NCBI GenBank assembly: GCA_032718475.1
Contig: JAUCBJ010009136.1
Location: 207,572-271,571, forward strand
DNA: 64,000 nt
Source: Nemertoderma westbladi
Taxonomy: Eukaryota; Animalia; Xenacoelomorpha
Direction: 5' to 3'
Shown here: in pieces, positions 1 through 12,207 of the stretch
Position numbering within the stretch: the stretch's first letter is position 1
How the letters are laid out: each line of letters opens with the position of its first letter
The notes under the pieces: model-generated
The model's input: the letters and a program-made list of their open reading frames with translations, nothing else
What the model was told of the DNA's origin: nothing
Databases searched by the model: none
Program-made: the position numbers and the translations under genes

Positions 1-2757
1 CTGCTGGCAGCCACAGGTTGGTAGGTAACCAGCCTGCTGCTGGCAGCCACTAATATGGTAAGTCGGGTTGGTAGGTAACCAGCCTGCTGCTGGCAGCCAC
101 TAATATAGTCAGGTTGGTAGGTAACCAGCCTGCTGCTGGCAGCCACTAATATGGTAAGTCAGGTTGGTAGGTAACCAGCCTGCTGCTGGCAGCCACTAAT
201 ATGGTAAGTCAGGTTGGTAGGTAACCAGCCTGCTGCTGGCAGCCACTAATATAGTCAGGTTGGTAGGTAACCAGCCTGCTGCTGGCAGCCACTAATATGG
301 TAAGTCAGGTTGGTAGGTAACCAGCCTGCTGCTGGCAGCCACTAATATAGTCAGGTTGGTAGGTAACCAGCCTGCTGCTGGCAGCCACTAATATGGTAAG
401 TCAGGTTGGTAGGTAACCAGCCTGCTGCTGGCAGCCACTAATATGGTAAGTCAGGTTGGTAGGTAACCAGCCTGATGCTGGCAGCCACTAATATAGTCAG
501 GTTGGTAGGTAACCAGCCTGCTACTGGCAGCCACTAATATAGTCAGGTTGGTAGGTAACCAGCCTGCTGCTGGCAGCCACTAATATGGTAAGTCAGGTTG
601 GTAGGTAACCAGCCTGCTGCTGGCAGCCACTAATATAGTCAGGTTGTTAGGTAACCAGCCTGCTACTGGCAGCCACTAATATAGTCAGGTTGGTAGGTAA
701 CCAGCCTGCTACTGGCAGCCACTAATATAGTCAGGTTGGTAGGTAACCAGCCTGCTGCTGGCAGCCACTAATATGGTAAGTCAGGTTGGTAGGTAACCAG
801 CCTGCTGCTGGCAGCCACTAATATAGTCAGGTTGGTAGGTAACCAGCCTGCTGCTGGCAGCCACTAATATGGTAAGTCAGGTTGGTAGGTAACCAGCCTG
901 CTGCTGGCAGCCACTAATATAGTCAGGTTGGTAGGTAACCAGCCTGCTGCTGGCAGCCACTAATATAGTCAGGTTGGTAGGTAACCATCCTGCTGCTGGC
1001 AGCCACTAATATAGTCAGGTTGACCAGCCTGCTGCTGGCAGCCACTAATATAGTCAGGTTGGTAGGTAACCAGCCTGCTGCTGGCAGCCACTAATATGGT
1101 AAGTCAGGTTGGTAGGTAACCAGCCTGCTGCTGGCAGCCACTAATATAGTCAGGTTGATAGGTAACCAGCCTGCTGCTGGCAGCCACTAATATAGTCAGG
1201 TTGGTAGGTAACCATCCTGCTGCTGGCAGCCACTAATATAGTCAGGTTGACCAGCCTGCTGCTGGCAGCCACTAATATAGTCAGGTTGGTAGGTAACCAG
1301 CCTGCTGCTGGCAGCCACTAATATGGTAAGTCAGGTTGGTAGGTAACCAGCCTGCTGCTGGCAGCCACTAATATAGTCAGGTTGGTAGGTAACCAGCCTG
1401 CTGCTGGCAGCCACTAATATGGTAAGTCAGGTTGGTAGGTAACCATCCTGCTGCTGGCAGCCACTAATATAGTCAGGTTGACCAGCCTGCTGCTGGCAGC
1501 CACTAATATAGTCAGGTTGGTAGGTAACCAGCCTGCTGCTGGCAGCCACTAATATGGTAAGTCAGGTTGGTAGGTAACCAGCCTGCTGCTGGCAGCCACT
1601 AATATAGTCAGGTTGGTAGGTAACCAGCCTGCTGCTGGCAGCCACTAATATGGTAAGTCAGGTTGGTAGGTAACCAGCCTGCTGCTGGCAGCCACTAATA
1701 TAGTCAGGTTGGTAGGTAACCAGCCTGCTGCTGGCAGCCACTAATATAGTCAGGTTGGTAGGTAACCATCCTGCTGCTGGCAGCCACTAATATAGTCAGG
1801 TTGACCAGCCTGCTGCTGGCAGCCACTAATATAGTCAGGTTGGTAGGTAACCAGCCTGCTGCTGGCAGCCACTAATATGGTAAGTCAGGTTGGTAGGTAA
1901 CCAGCCTGCTGCTGGCAGCCACTAATATAGTCAGGTTGGTAGGTAACCATCCTGCTGCTGGCAGCCACTAATATAGTCAGGTTGACCAGCCTGCTGCTGG
2001 CAGCCACTAATATAGTCAGGTTGGTAGGTAACCAGCCTGCTGCTGGCAGCCACTAATATGGTAAGTCAGGTTGGTAGGTAACCAGCCTGCTGCTGGCAGC
2101 CACTAATATAGTCAGGTTGGTAGGTAACCAGCCTGCTGCTGGCAGCCACTAATATGGTAAGTCAGGTTGGTAGGTAACCAGCCTGCTGCTGGCAGCCACT
2201 AATATAGTCAGGTTGGTAGGTAACCAGCCTGCTGCTGGCAGCCACTAATATGGTAAGTCAGGTTGGTAGGTAACCAGCCTGCTGCTGGCAGCCACTAATA
2301 TAGTCAGGTTGGTAGGTAACCAGCCTGCTGCTGGCAGCCACTAATATAGTCAGGTTGGTAGGTAACCATCCTGCTGCTGGCAGCCACTAATATAGTCAGG
2401 TTGACCAGCCTGCTGCTGGCAGCCACTAATATAGTCAGGTTGGTAGGTAACCAGCCTGCTGCTGGCAGCCACTAATATGGTAAGTCAGGTTGGTAGGTAA
2501 CCAGCCTGCTGCTGGCAGCCACTAATATAGTCAGGTTGGTAGGTAACCATCCTGCTGCTGGCAGCCACTAATATAGTCAGGTTGACCAGCCTGCTGCTGG
2601 CAGCCACTAATATAGTCAGGTTGGTAGGTAACCAGCCTGCTGCTGGCAGCCACTAATATGGTAAGTCAGGTTGGTAGGTAACCAGCCTGCTGCTGGCAGC
2701 CACTAATATAGTCAAGTTGATAGGTAACCAGCCTGCTGCTGGCAGCCACTAATATAC
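1..2757. repeat. Tandem array 1, 46-bp unit with 51-bp and 39-bp variants (intronic, runs off the left edge)
   Basis: Unit ctgctgctggcagccactaatata(or tatggtaa)gtcaggttggtaggtaaccagc; ends about 25 bp before the myosin acceptor AG at 2781-2782. Confidence 0.97.
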
Positions 2758-2782
2758 ATGACTTTCTTCCTGTTCCCTTTAG

Positions 2783-2915
2783 AATCAACTGAAAGAACTT
2801 ACAGATAAACTCCAGAGTGCGGGTAACCACTTTGTGCGCTGCATTAAACCCAACTCTAGGATGAGTGTGCACAAGTACGAGGGGACCGGTGTTATTAGTC
2901 AATTACAATGCGCAG
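2783..2915 (+). CDS. MYO6: Myosin VI exon (motor domain)
   Basis: Pyrimidine tract + AG at 2781-2782, GT at 2916; reads NQLKELTDKLQSAGNHFVRCIKPNSRMSVHKYEGTGVISQLQCA(G), matching the myosin FIRCIKPN...SQLQCSG motif. Not in the ORF track. Confidence 0.93.
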
Positions 2916-3061
2916 GTAGGCGATAAATAAAATACTAAACCCAGGAACCATTGAATCCATAGCCATATTAGTTATAGTCGAGTCAATCTAGCAAAAAAAC
3001 CCATAAGAAATTCGCAATCAACCAAAACCAAATTTTTTAGGTTCTATATTATCTTGTTATT

Positions 3062-3806
3062 GCCCAAAAAAAGTCTATAAAAATATATTGCGGAACACAT
3101 TAACGTTGCTTGGTAACTGCTCAATAGAACAATTTCCTATTGCTAGTGATGTAATCACTAATTTTTAGACAAATCAACTACTGTACAACCACTTTATTAT
3201 TATGTAGTATTTTTCTTTAAACACTCTTTATGGGTTTGTATTAGCAAGGTGACTTTTTTAAACATTCAGTGCTGTTTATAAAATAATTTGAAGGTACTTT
3301 AAAATATATCCTAATCTTTTGTGATTGCTTTACAATTTTTTCAAGGCTAGAGAGAGTTCCGCATGCAGTCGCATTTGGTATTTTGATATTAATTAATGAA
3401 ATTATGTACTTTTTGCACAGTAATATCACCACTGAATCCATAGCTAATCGACTATCTAGTAATTTTTTAAAAGATGATTTATTAAATATTAACATTTTTT
3501 TTTATTTTATTATACATTCAATCAACATTGAATGTTCTAGAACATAATTATAAATAATTATTATAAATTTATTATAAATTAATATTATTGTAATTATAAA
3601 CAAATTATATCACCCCCCCCCCCCCTCAATTGTTTAAATAATATAATATTTATTTATTAAATTAAAAAAATAGTTATTGACTATTATTTATTAGTACGAA
3701 ATATATATATAACTACATCACTAACAATAGGAAATAGTTCTATTGAGCAGTTACCAAGCAACGTTAATGTGTTCCGTAACATATATTTTTATAGACCTTT
3801 TTTTGG
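3062..3806. repeat. AT-rich inverted repeat, arms of about 95 bp (MITE-like)
   Basis: cggaacacattaacgttgcttggtaactgctcaatagaac (near 3091) is inverted at about 3737-3776. Confidence 0.8.
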
Positions 3807-3816
3807 TAACAGTAAC

Positions 3817-4216
3817 AGAACTGCATTTTTCTAACATTAATCATTGTTACCATGGTAACAGTGAAGAGTTCTAGAACAAAAAATATATAATATACACTAT
3901 TCTAGAACAAAAATAAAATAAAAAAAATATTGTTCCAGAACATAATATAGCTAGTAAGTTTTTAAATTTAAAATATTTGGTAATAAAAAAAATTTATTTA
4001 TTTATTTATTAGAAAATTTATCTACCAAATTGAATATTTTTTTGAATTTACTAGCTATTTTAAAATAAAAAAAAAAATAGTTACTGTATATGTTCTAGAA
4101 CATTATATTTTATTTTATTTATGATCTAGAATATAGTGTATATTACTTTTCTATTGTTCTAGAACTCTACAATGTTGCCATAGTAACAAAGACATAAGTT
4201 ATAAAAATGCAGTTCT
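3817..4216. repeat. Second long imperfect palindrome, running into array 2
   Basis: agaactgcattttt...agagttctagaacaa pairs with ttgttctagaactct...aaaaatgcagttct. Confidence 0.7.
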
Positions 4217-7200
4217 ATACGGAACTCTATCCCTTTTTTGACTAGATTGGCAGTTCTATACGGAACTCTACCCCTTTTTTGACTAGATTGGCAGTTCTAT
4301 ACGGAACTCTATCCCTTTTTTGGCTAGATTGGCAGTTCTATACGGAACTCTATCCCTTTTTTGACTAGATTGGCAGTTCTATACGGAACTCTATCCCTTT
4401 TTTGACTAGATTGGCAGTTCTATACGGAACTCTATCCCTTTTTTGACTAGATTGGCAGTTCTATACGGAACTCTATCCCTTTTTTGGCTAGATTGGCAGT
4501 TCTATACGGAACTCTATCCCTTTTTTGACTAGATTGGCAGTTCTATACGGAACTCTATCCCTTTTTTGACTAGATTGGCAGTTCTATACGGAACTCTATC
4601 CCTTTTTTGGTTAGATTGGCAGTTCTATACGGAACTCTATCCCTTTTTTGACTAGATTGGCAGTTCTATACGGAACTCTACCCCTTTTTTGACTAGATTG
4701 GCAGTTCTATACGGAACTCTATCCATTTTTTGACTAGATTGGCAGTTCTATACGGAACTCTATCCCTTTTTTGACTAGATTGGCAGTTCTATACGGAACT
4801 CTACCCTTTTTTTTTGACTAGATTGGCAGTTCTATACGGAACTCTACCCCTTTTTTGACTAGATTGGCAGTTCTATACGGAACTCTACCCCTTTTTTGAC
4901 TAGATTGGCAGTTCTATACGGAACTCTATCCCTTTTTTGACTAGATTGGCAGTTCTATACGGAACTCTATCCATTTTTTGGCTAGATTGGCAGTTCTATA
5001 CGGAACTCTATCCCTTTTTTGGTTAGATTGGCAGTTCTATACGGAACTCTACCCCTTTTTTGACTAGATTGGCAGTTCTATACGGAACTCTATCCATTTT
5101 TTGACTAGATTGGCAGTTCTATACGGAACTCTATCCCTTTTTTGACTAGATTGGCAGTTCTATACGGAACTCTATCCATTTTTTGACTAGATTGGCAGTT
5201 CTATACGGAACTCTATCCCTTTTTTGACTAGATTGGCAGTTCTATACGGAACTCTATCCCTTTTTTGACTAGATTGGCAGTTCTATACGGAACTCTATCC
5301 CTTTTTTGGTTAGATTGGCAGTTCTATACGGAACTCTATCCCTTTTTTGACTAGATTGGCAGTTCTATACGGAACTCTATCCCTTTTTTGGCTAGATTGG
5401 CAGTTCTATACGGAACTCTATCCATTTTTTGACTAGATTGGCAGTTCTATACGGAACTCTATCCCTTTTTTGACTAGATTGGCAGTTCTATACGGAACTC
5501 TACCCCTTTTTTGACTAGATTGGCAGTTCTATACGGAACTCTATCCCTTTTTTGACTAGATTGGCAGTTCTATACGGAACTCTATCCCTTTTTTGGCTAG
5601 ATTGGCAGTTCTATACGGAACTCTATCCCTTTTTTGGTTAGATTGGCAGTTCTATACGGAACTCTACCCCTTTTTTGACTAGATTGGCAGTTCTATACGG
5701 AACTCTACCCCTTTTTTGACTAGATTGGCAGTTCTATACGGAACTCTATCCATTTTTTGGCTAGATTGGCAGTTCTATACGGACCTCTACCCCTTTTTTG
5801 ACTAGATTGGCAGTTCTATACGGACCTCTACCCCTTTTTTGACTAGATTGGCAGTTCTATACAGAACTCTACCCCTTTTTTGACTAGATTGGCAGTTCTA
5901 TACGGAACTCTATCCCTTTTTTGGCTAGATTGGCAGTTCTATACGGACCTCTATCCCTTTTTTGACTAGATTGGCAGTTCTATACGGAACTCTATCCATT
6001 TTTTGGCTAGATTGGCAGTTCTATACGGAACTCTATCCCTTTTTTGGTTAGATTGGCAGTTCTATACGGAACTCTACCCCTTTTTTGACTAGATTGGCAG
6101 TTCTATACGGAACTCTATCCATTTTTTGACTAGATTGGCAGTTCTATACGGAACTCTATCCCTTTTTTGACTATATTGGCAGTTCTATACGGAACTCTAT
6201 CCATTTTTTGACTAGATTGGCAGTTCTATACGGAACTCTATCCCTTTTTTGACTAGATTGGCAGTTCTATACGGAACTCTATCCCTTTTTTGACTAGATT
6301 GGCAGTTCTATACGGAACTCTATCCCTTTTTTGGTTAGATTGGCAGTTCTATACGGAACTCTATCCCTTTTTTGACTAGATTGGCAGTTCTATACGGAAC
6401 TCTATCCCTTTTTTGACTAGATTGGCAGTTCTATACGGAACTCTATCCATTTTTTGACTAGATTGGCAGTTCTATACGGAACTCTATCCCTTTTTTGACT
6501 AGATTGGCAGTTCTATACGGAACTCTACCCCTTTTTTGACTAGATTGGCAGTTCTATACGGAACTCTATCCCTTTTTTGACTAGATTGGCAGTTCTATAC
6601 GGAACTCTATCCATTTTGTGGCTAGATTGGCAGTTCTATACGGAACTCTATCCCTTTTTTGGTTAGATTGGCAGTTCTATACGGAACTCTACCCCTTTTT
6701 TGACTAGATTGGCAGTTCTATACGGAACTCTACCCCTTTTTTGACTAGATTGGCAGTTCTATACGGAACTCTATCCATTTTTTGGCTAGATTGGCAGTTC
6801 TATACGGACCTCTACCCCTTTTTTGACTAGATTGGCAGTTCTATACGGACCTCTACCCCTTTTTTGACTAGATTGGCAGTTCTATACAGAACTCTACCCC
6901 TTTTTTGACTAGATTGGCAGTTCTATACGGAACTCTACCCCTTTTTTTTTACTAGATTGGCAGTTCTATACGGACCTCTACCCCTTTTTTGGCTAGATTG
7001 GCAGTTCTATACGGACCTCTACCCCTTTTTTGACTAGATTGGCAGTTCTATACGCAACTCTACCCCTTTTTTGACTAGATTGGCAGTTCTATACGGAACT
7101 CTACCCCTTTTTTGTCTAGATTGGCAGTTCTATACGGAACTCTATCCCTTTTTTGACTAGATTGGCAGTTCTATACGGAACTCTATCCATTTTTTGACTA

Positions 7201-10200
7201 GATTGGCAGTTCTATACGGAACTCTATCCCTTTTTTGGCTAGATTGGCAGTTCTATACGGAACTCTATCCCTTTTTTGACTAGATTGGCGGTTCTATACG
7301 GAACTCTATCCCTTTTTTGGCTAGATTGGCAGTTCTATACGGACCTCTACCCCTTTTTTGACTAGATTGGCAGTTCTATATGGAACTCTATCCCTTTTTT
7401 GACTAGATTGACAGTTCTATACGGAACTCTACCCCTTTTTTGATTAGATTGGCAGTTCTATACGGAACTCTATCCATTTTTTGGCTAGATTGGCAGTTCT
7501 ATACGGAACTCTATCCCTTTTTTGACTAGATTGGCAGTTCTATACAGAACTCTACCCCTTTTTTGACTAGATTGGCAGTTCTATACGGAACTCTACCCCT
7601 TTTTTGACTAGATTGGCAGTTCTATACGGAACTCTATCCATTTTTTGGCTAGATTGGCAGTTCTATACGGACCTCTACCCCTTTTTTGACTAGATTGGCA
7701 GTTCTACGGACCTCTACCCCTTTTTTGACTAGATTGGCAGTTCTATACAGAACTCTACCCCTTTTTTGACTAGATTGGCAGTTCTATACGGAACTCTATC
7801 CCTTTTTTGGCTAGATTGGCAGTTCTATACGGACCTCTACCCCTTTTTTGACTAGATTGGCAGTTCTATACGGAACTCTACCCCTTTTTTGACTAGATTG
7901 GCAGTTCTATACGGAACTCTACCCATTTTTTGAATAGATTGGCAGTTCTATACGGAACTCTATCCATTTTTTGGCTAGATTGGCAGTTCTATACGGAACT
8001 CTATCCCTTTTTTGGTTAGATTGGCAGTTCTATACGGAACTCTATCCCTTTTTTGACTAGATTGGCAGTTCTATACGGAACTCTAGCCCTTTTTTTTTGC
8101 TAGATTGGCAGTTCTATACGGAACTCTACCCCTTTTTTGACTAGATTGGCAGTTCTATACGGAACTCTACCCCTTTTTTGACTAGATTGGCAGTTCTATA
8201 CGGACCTCTACCCCTTTTTTTGACTAGATTGGCAGTTCTATACGGAACACTATCCCTTTTTTGGCTAGATTGGCAGTTCTATACGGAACTCTATCCCTTT
8301 TTTGGCTAGATTGGCAGTTCTATACGGAACTCTATCCCTTTTTTGGCTAGATTGGCAGTTCTATACGGAACTCTACCCCTTTTTTGTCTAGATTGGCAGT
8401 TCTATACGGAACTCTATCCATTTTTTGACTAGATTGGCAGTTCTATACGGAACTCTACCCCTTTTTTGACTAGATTGGCAGTTCTATACGGACCTCTACC
8501 CCTTTTTTTGACTAGATTGGCAGTTCTATACGGAACACTATCCCTTTTTTGGCTAGATTGGCAGTTCTATACGGAACTCTATCCCTTTTTTGGCTAGATT
8601 GGCAGTTCTATACGGAACTCTATCCCTTTTTTGGCTAGATTGGCAGTTCTATACGGAACTCTACCCCTTTTTTGTCTAGATTGGCAGTTCTATACGGAAC
8701 TCTATCCCTTTTTTGACTAGATTGGCAGTTCTATACGGAACTCTACCCCTTTTTTGGCTAGATTGGCAGTTCTATACGGAACTCTATCCCTTTTTTGGTT
8801 AGATTGGCAGTTCTATACGGACCTCTACCCCTTTTTTGACTAGATTGGCAGTTCTATACGGAACTCTATCCATTTTTTGACTTGATTGGCAGTTCTATAC
8901 GGAACTCTATCCCTTTTTTGACTAGATTGGCAGTTCTATACGGAACTCTATCCATTTTTTGACTAGATTGGCAGTTCTATACGGAACTCTATCCCTTTTT
9001 TGACTAGATTGGCAGTTCTATACGGAACTCTACCCCTTTTTTGGCTAGATTGGCAGTTCTATACGGAACTCTATCCCTTTTTTGACTAGATTGGCAGTTC
9101 TATACGGAACTCTACCCCTTTTTTGGCTAGATTGGCAGTTCTATACGGAACTCTACCCCTTTTTTGGCTAGATTGGCAGTTCTATACGGAACTCTACCCC
9201 TTTTTTGACTAGATTGGCAGTTCTATACGGAACTCTACCCCTTTTTTGACTAGATTGGCAGTTCTATACGGAACTCTATCCCTTTTTTGGCTAGATTGGC
9301 AGTTCTATACGGAACTCGACCCCTTTTTTTGACTAGATTTGCAGTTCTATACGGAACTCTATCCCTTTTTTGACTAGATTGGCAGTTCTATACGGAACTC
9401 TATCCATTTTTTGACTAGATTGGCAGTTCTATACGGAACTCTATCCCTTTTTTGGCTAGATTGGCAGTTCTATACGGAACTCTATCCCTTTTTTGACTAG
9501 ATTCGCAGTTCTATACGGAACTCTATCCATTTTTTGACTAGATTGGCAGTTCTATACGGAACTCTATCCATTTTTTGACTAGATTGGCAGTTCTATACGG
9601 AACTCTATCCATTTTTTGACTAGATTGGCAGTTCTATACGGAACTCTATCCATTTTTTGACTAGATTGGCAGTTCTATACGGAACTCTATCCATTTTTTG
9701 ACTAGATTGGCAGTTCTATACGGAACTCTATCCATTTTTTGACTAGATTGGCAGTTCTATACGGAACTCTATCCATTTTTTGACTAGATTGGCAGTTCTA
9801 TACGGAACTCTATCCCTTTTTTGGCTAGATTGGCAGTTCTATACGGAACTCTATCCCTTTTTTGACTAGATTGGCAGTTCTATACGGAACTCTATCCATT
9901 TTTTGACTAGATTGGCAGTTCTATACGGAACTCTACCCCTTTTTTGACTAGATTGGCAGTTCAATACGGAACTCTACCCCTTTTTTGACTAGATTGGCAG
10001 TTCTATACGGAACTCTATCCCTTTTTTGACTAGATTGGCAGTTCTATACGGAACTCTATCCCTTTTTTGGCTAGATTGGCAGTTCTATACGGAACTCTAT
10101 CCCTTTTTTGACTAGATTGGCAGTTCTATACGGAACTCTACCCCTTTTTTGACTAGATTGGCAGTTCAATACGGAACTCTACCCCTTTTTTGACTAGATT

Positions 10201-11941
10201 GGCAGTTCTATACGGAACTCTATCCCTTTTTTGACTAGATTGGCAGTTCTATACGGAACTCTATCCCTTTTTTGGCTAGATTGGCAGTTCTATACGGAAC
10301 TCTACCCCTTTTTTGACTAGATTGGCAGTTCTATACGAAACTCTATCCATTTTTTGACTAGATTGGCAGTTCTATACGGAACTCTATCCCTTTTTTGACT
10401 AGATTGGCAGTTCTATACGGAACTCTATCCCTTTTTTGGTTAGATTGGCAGTTCTATACGGAACTCTACCCCTTTTTTGACTAGATTGGCAGTTCTATAC
10501 GGAACTCTACCCCTTTTTTGACTAGATTGGCAGTTCTATACGGAACTCTATCCCTTTTTTGACTAGATTGGCAGTTCTATACGGAACTCTATCCCTTTTT
10601 TGACTATATTGGCAGTTCTATACGGAACTCTATCCATTTTTTGACTAGATTGGCAGTTCTATACGGAACTCTACCCCTTTTTTGGCTAGATTGGCAGTTC
10701 TATACGGAACTCTACCCCTTTTTTGGCTAGATTGGCAGTTCTATACGGAACTCTACCCCTTTTTTGACTAGATTGGCAGTTCTATACGGAACTCTACCCC
10801 TTTTTTGGCTAGATTGGCAGTTCTATACGGAACTCTATCCCTTTTTTGGCTAGATTGGCAGTTCTATACGGAACTCTATCCCTTTTTTTACTAGATTGGC
10901 AGTTCTATACGGAACTCTATCCATTTTTTGACTAGATTGGCAGTTCTATACGGAACTCTATCCCTTTTTTGGCTAGATTGGCAGTTCTATACGGAACTCT
11001 ATCCCTTTTTTGACTAGATTGGCAGTTCTATACGGAACTCTATCCATTTTTTGACTAGATTGGCAGTTCTATACGGAACTCTATATCCCTTTTTTGACTA
11101 GATTGGCAGTTCTATACGGAACTCTACCCCTTTTTTGACTAGATTGGCAGTTCAATACGGAACTCTATCCCTTTTTTGGCTAGATTGGCAGTTCTATACG
11201 GAACTCTACCCCTTTTTTGGCTAGATTGGCAGTTCTATACGGAACTCTATCCCTTTTTTGACTAGATTGGCAGTTCTATACGGAACTCTACCCCTTTTTT
11301 GGCTAGATTGGCAGTTCTATACGGAACTCTATCCCGCAGTTCTATACGGAACTCTACCCCTTTTTTGGCTAGATTGGCAGTTCTATACGGAACTCTATCC
11401 CTTTTTTGACTAGATTGGCAGTTCAATACGGAACTCTATCCCTTTTTTGGCTAGATTGGCAGTTCTATACGGAACTCTACCCCTTTTTTGGCTAGATTGG
11501 CAGTTCTATACGGAACTCTATCCCTTTTTTGACTAGATTGGCAGTTCTATACGGAACTCTACCCCTTTTTTGGCTAGATTGGCAGCTCTATACGGAACTC
11601 TATCCTTTTTTTGACTAGATTGGCAGTTCTATACGGAACTCTATCCCTTTTTTGACTAGATTGGCAGTTCTATACGGAACTCTATCCCTTTTTTGACTAG
11701 ATTGGCAGTTCTATACGGAACTCGATCCCTTTTTTGACTAGATTGGCAGTTCTATACGGAACTCTACCCTTTTTTTGGCTAGATTGGCAGTTCTATACGG
11801 AACTCTATCCCTTTTTTGGCTAGATTGGCAGTTCTATACGGAACTCTATCCCTTTTTTGACTAGATTGGCAGTTCTATACGGAACTCTACCCTTTTTTTG
11901 GCTAGATTGGCAGTTCTATACGGAACTCTATCCCTTTTTTG
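4209..11941. repeat. Tandem array 2, 41-bp unit, roughly 188 copies
   Basis: Unit gcagttctatacggaactctatcccttttttgactagattg; period 41 measured 4209 to 4250. Confidence 0.98.
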
Positions 11942-12207
11942 GGCCTTTTTTTAACGAGATAATATAGAACCTAAAAACCTTTTGGTTGATTGCGAATTTC
12001 TACCCCTTTTAATTCATTTTTTCATGTATTTTTTTTTGCTTTTGGGGATTGGCGTAGATTTTATTACATTATGTAAACGGTAATACGGGGAATATAATTG
12101 CCACTATTATTAGTGTTCGTTACTCACAAATGTATCAAATCAGTATTACATTATTATAAAGGTATAGCACTTCAAAGTCAGTGCGACTAGATTATACTGC
12201 GATGGTT

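Larger units (their letters stand above)
3007..12000. mobile_element. Putative non-autonomous foldback/TIR element enclosing palindromes and tandem array 2
   Basis: gaaattcgcaatcaaccaaaa...taggttctatattatcttgtta (3007-3059) is the imperfect reverse complement of taacgagataatatagaacctaaaaa...ttttggttgattgcgaatttc (11952-12000). No clear TSD. Confidence 0.5.

Noticed and set aside
3530-4170. Clusters of TTCTAGAA resembling heat-shock elements (also near 57.3-57.7 kb and 61.3-61.5 kb)
   Set aside because: Mostly two-unit palindromes inside AT-rich repeat elements; better explained as a repeat-family motif.
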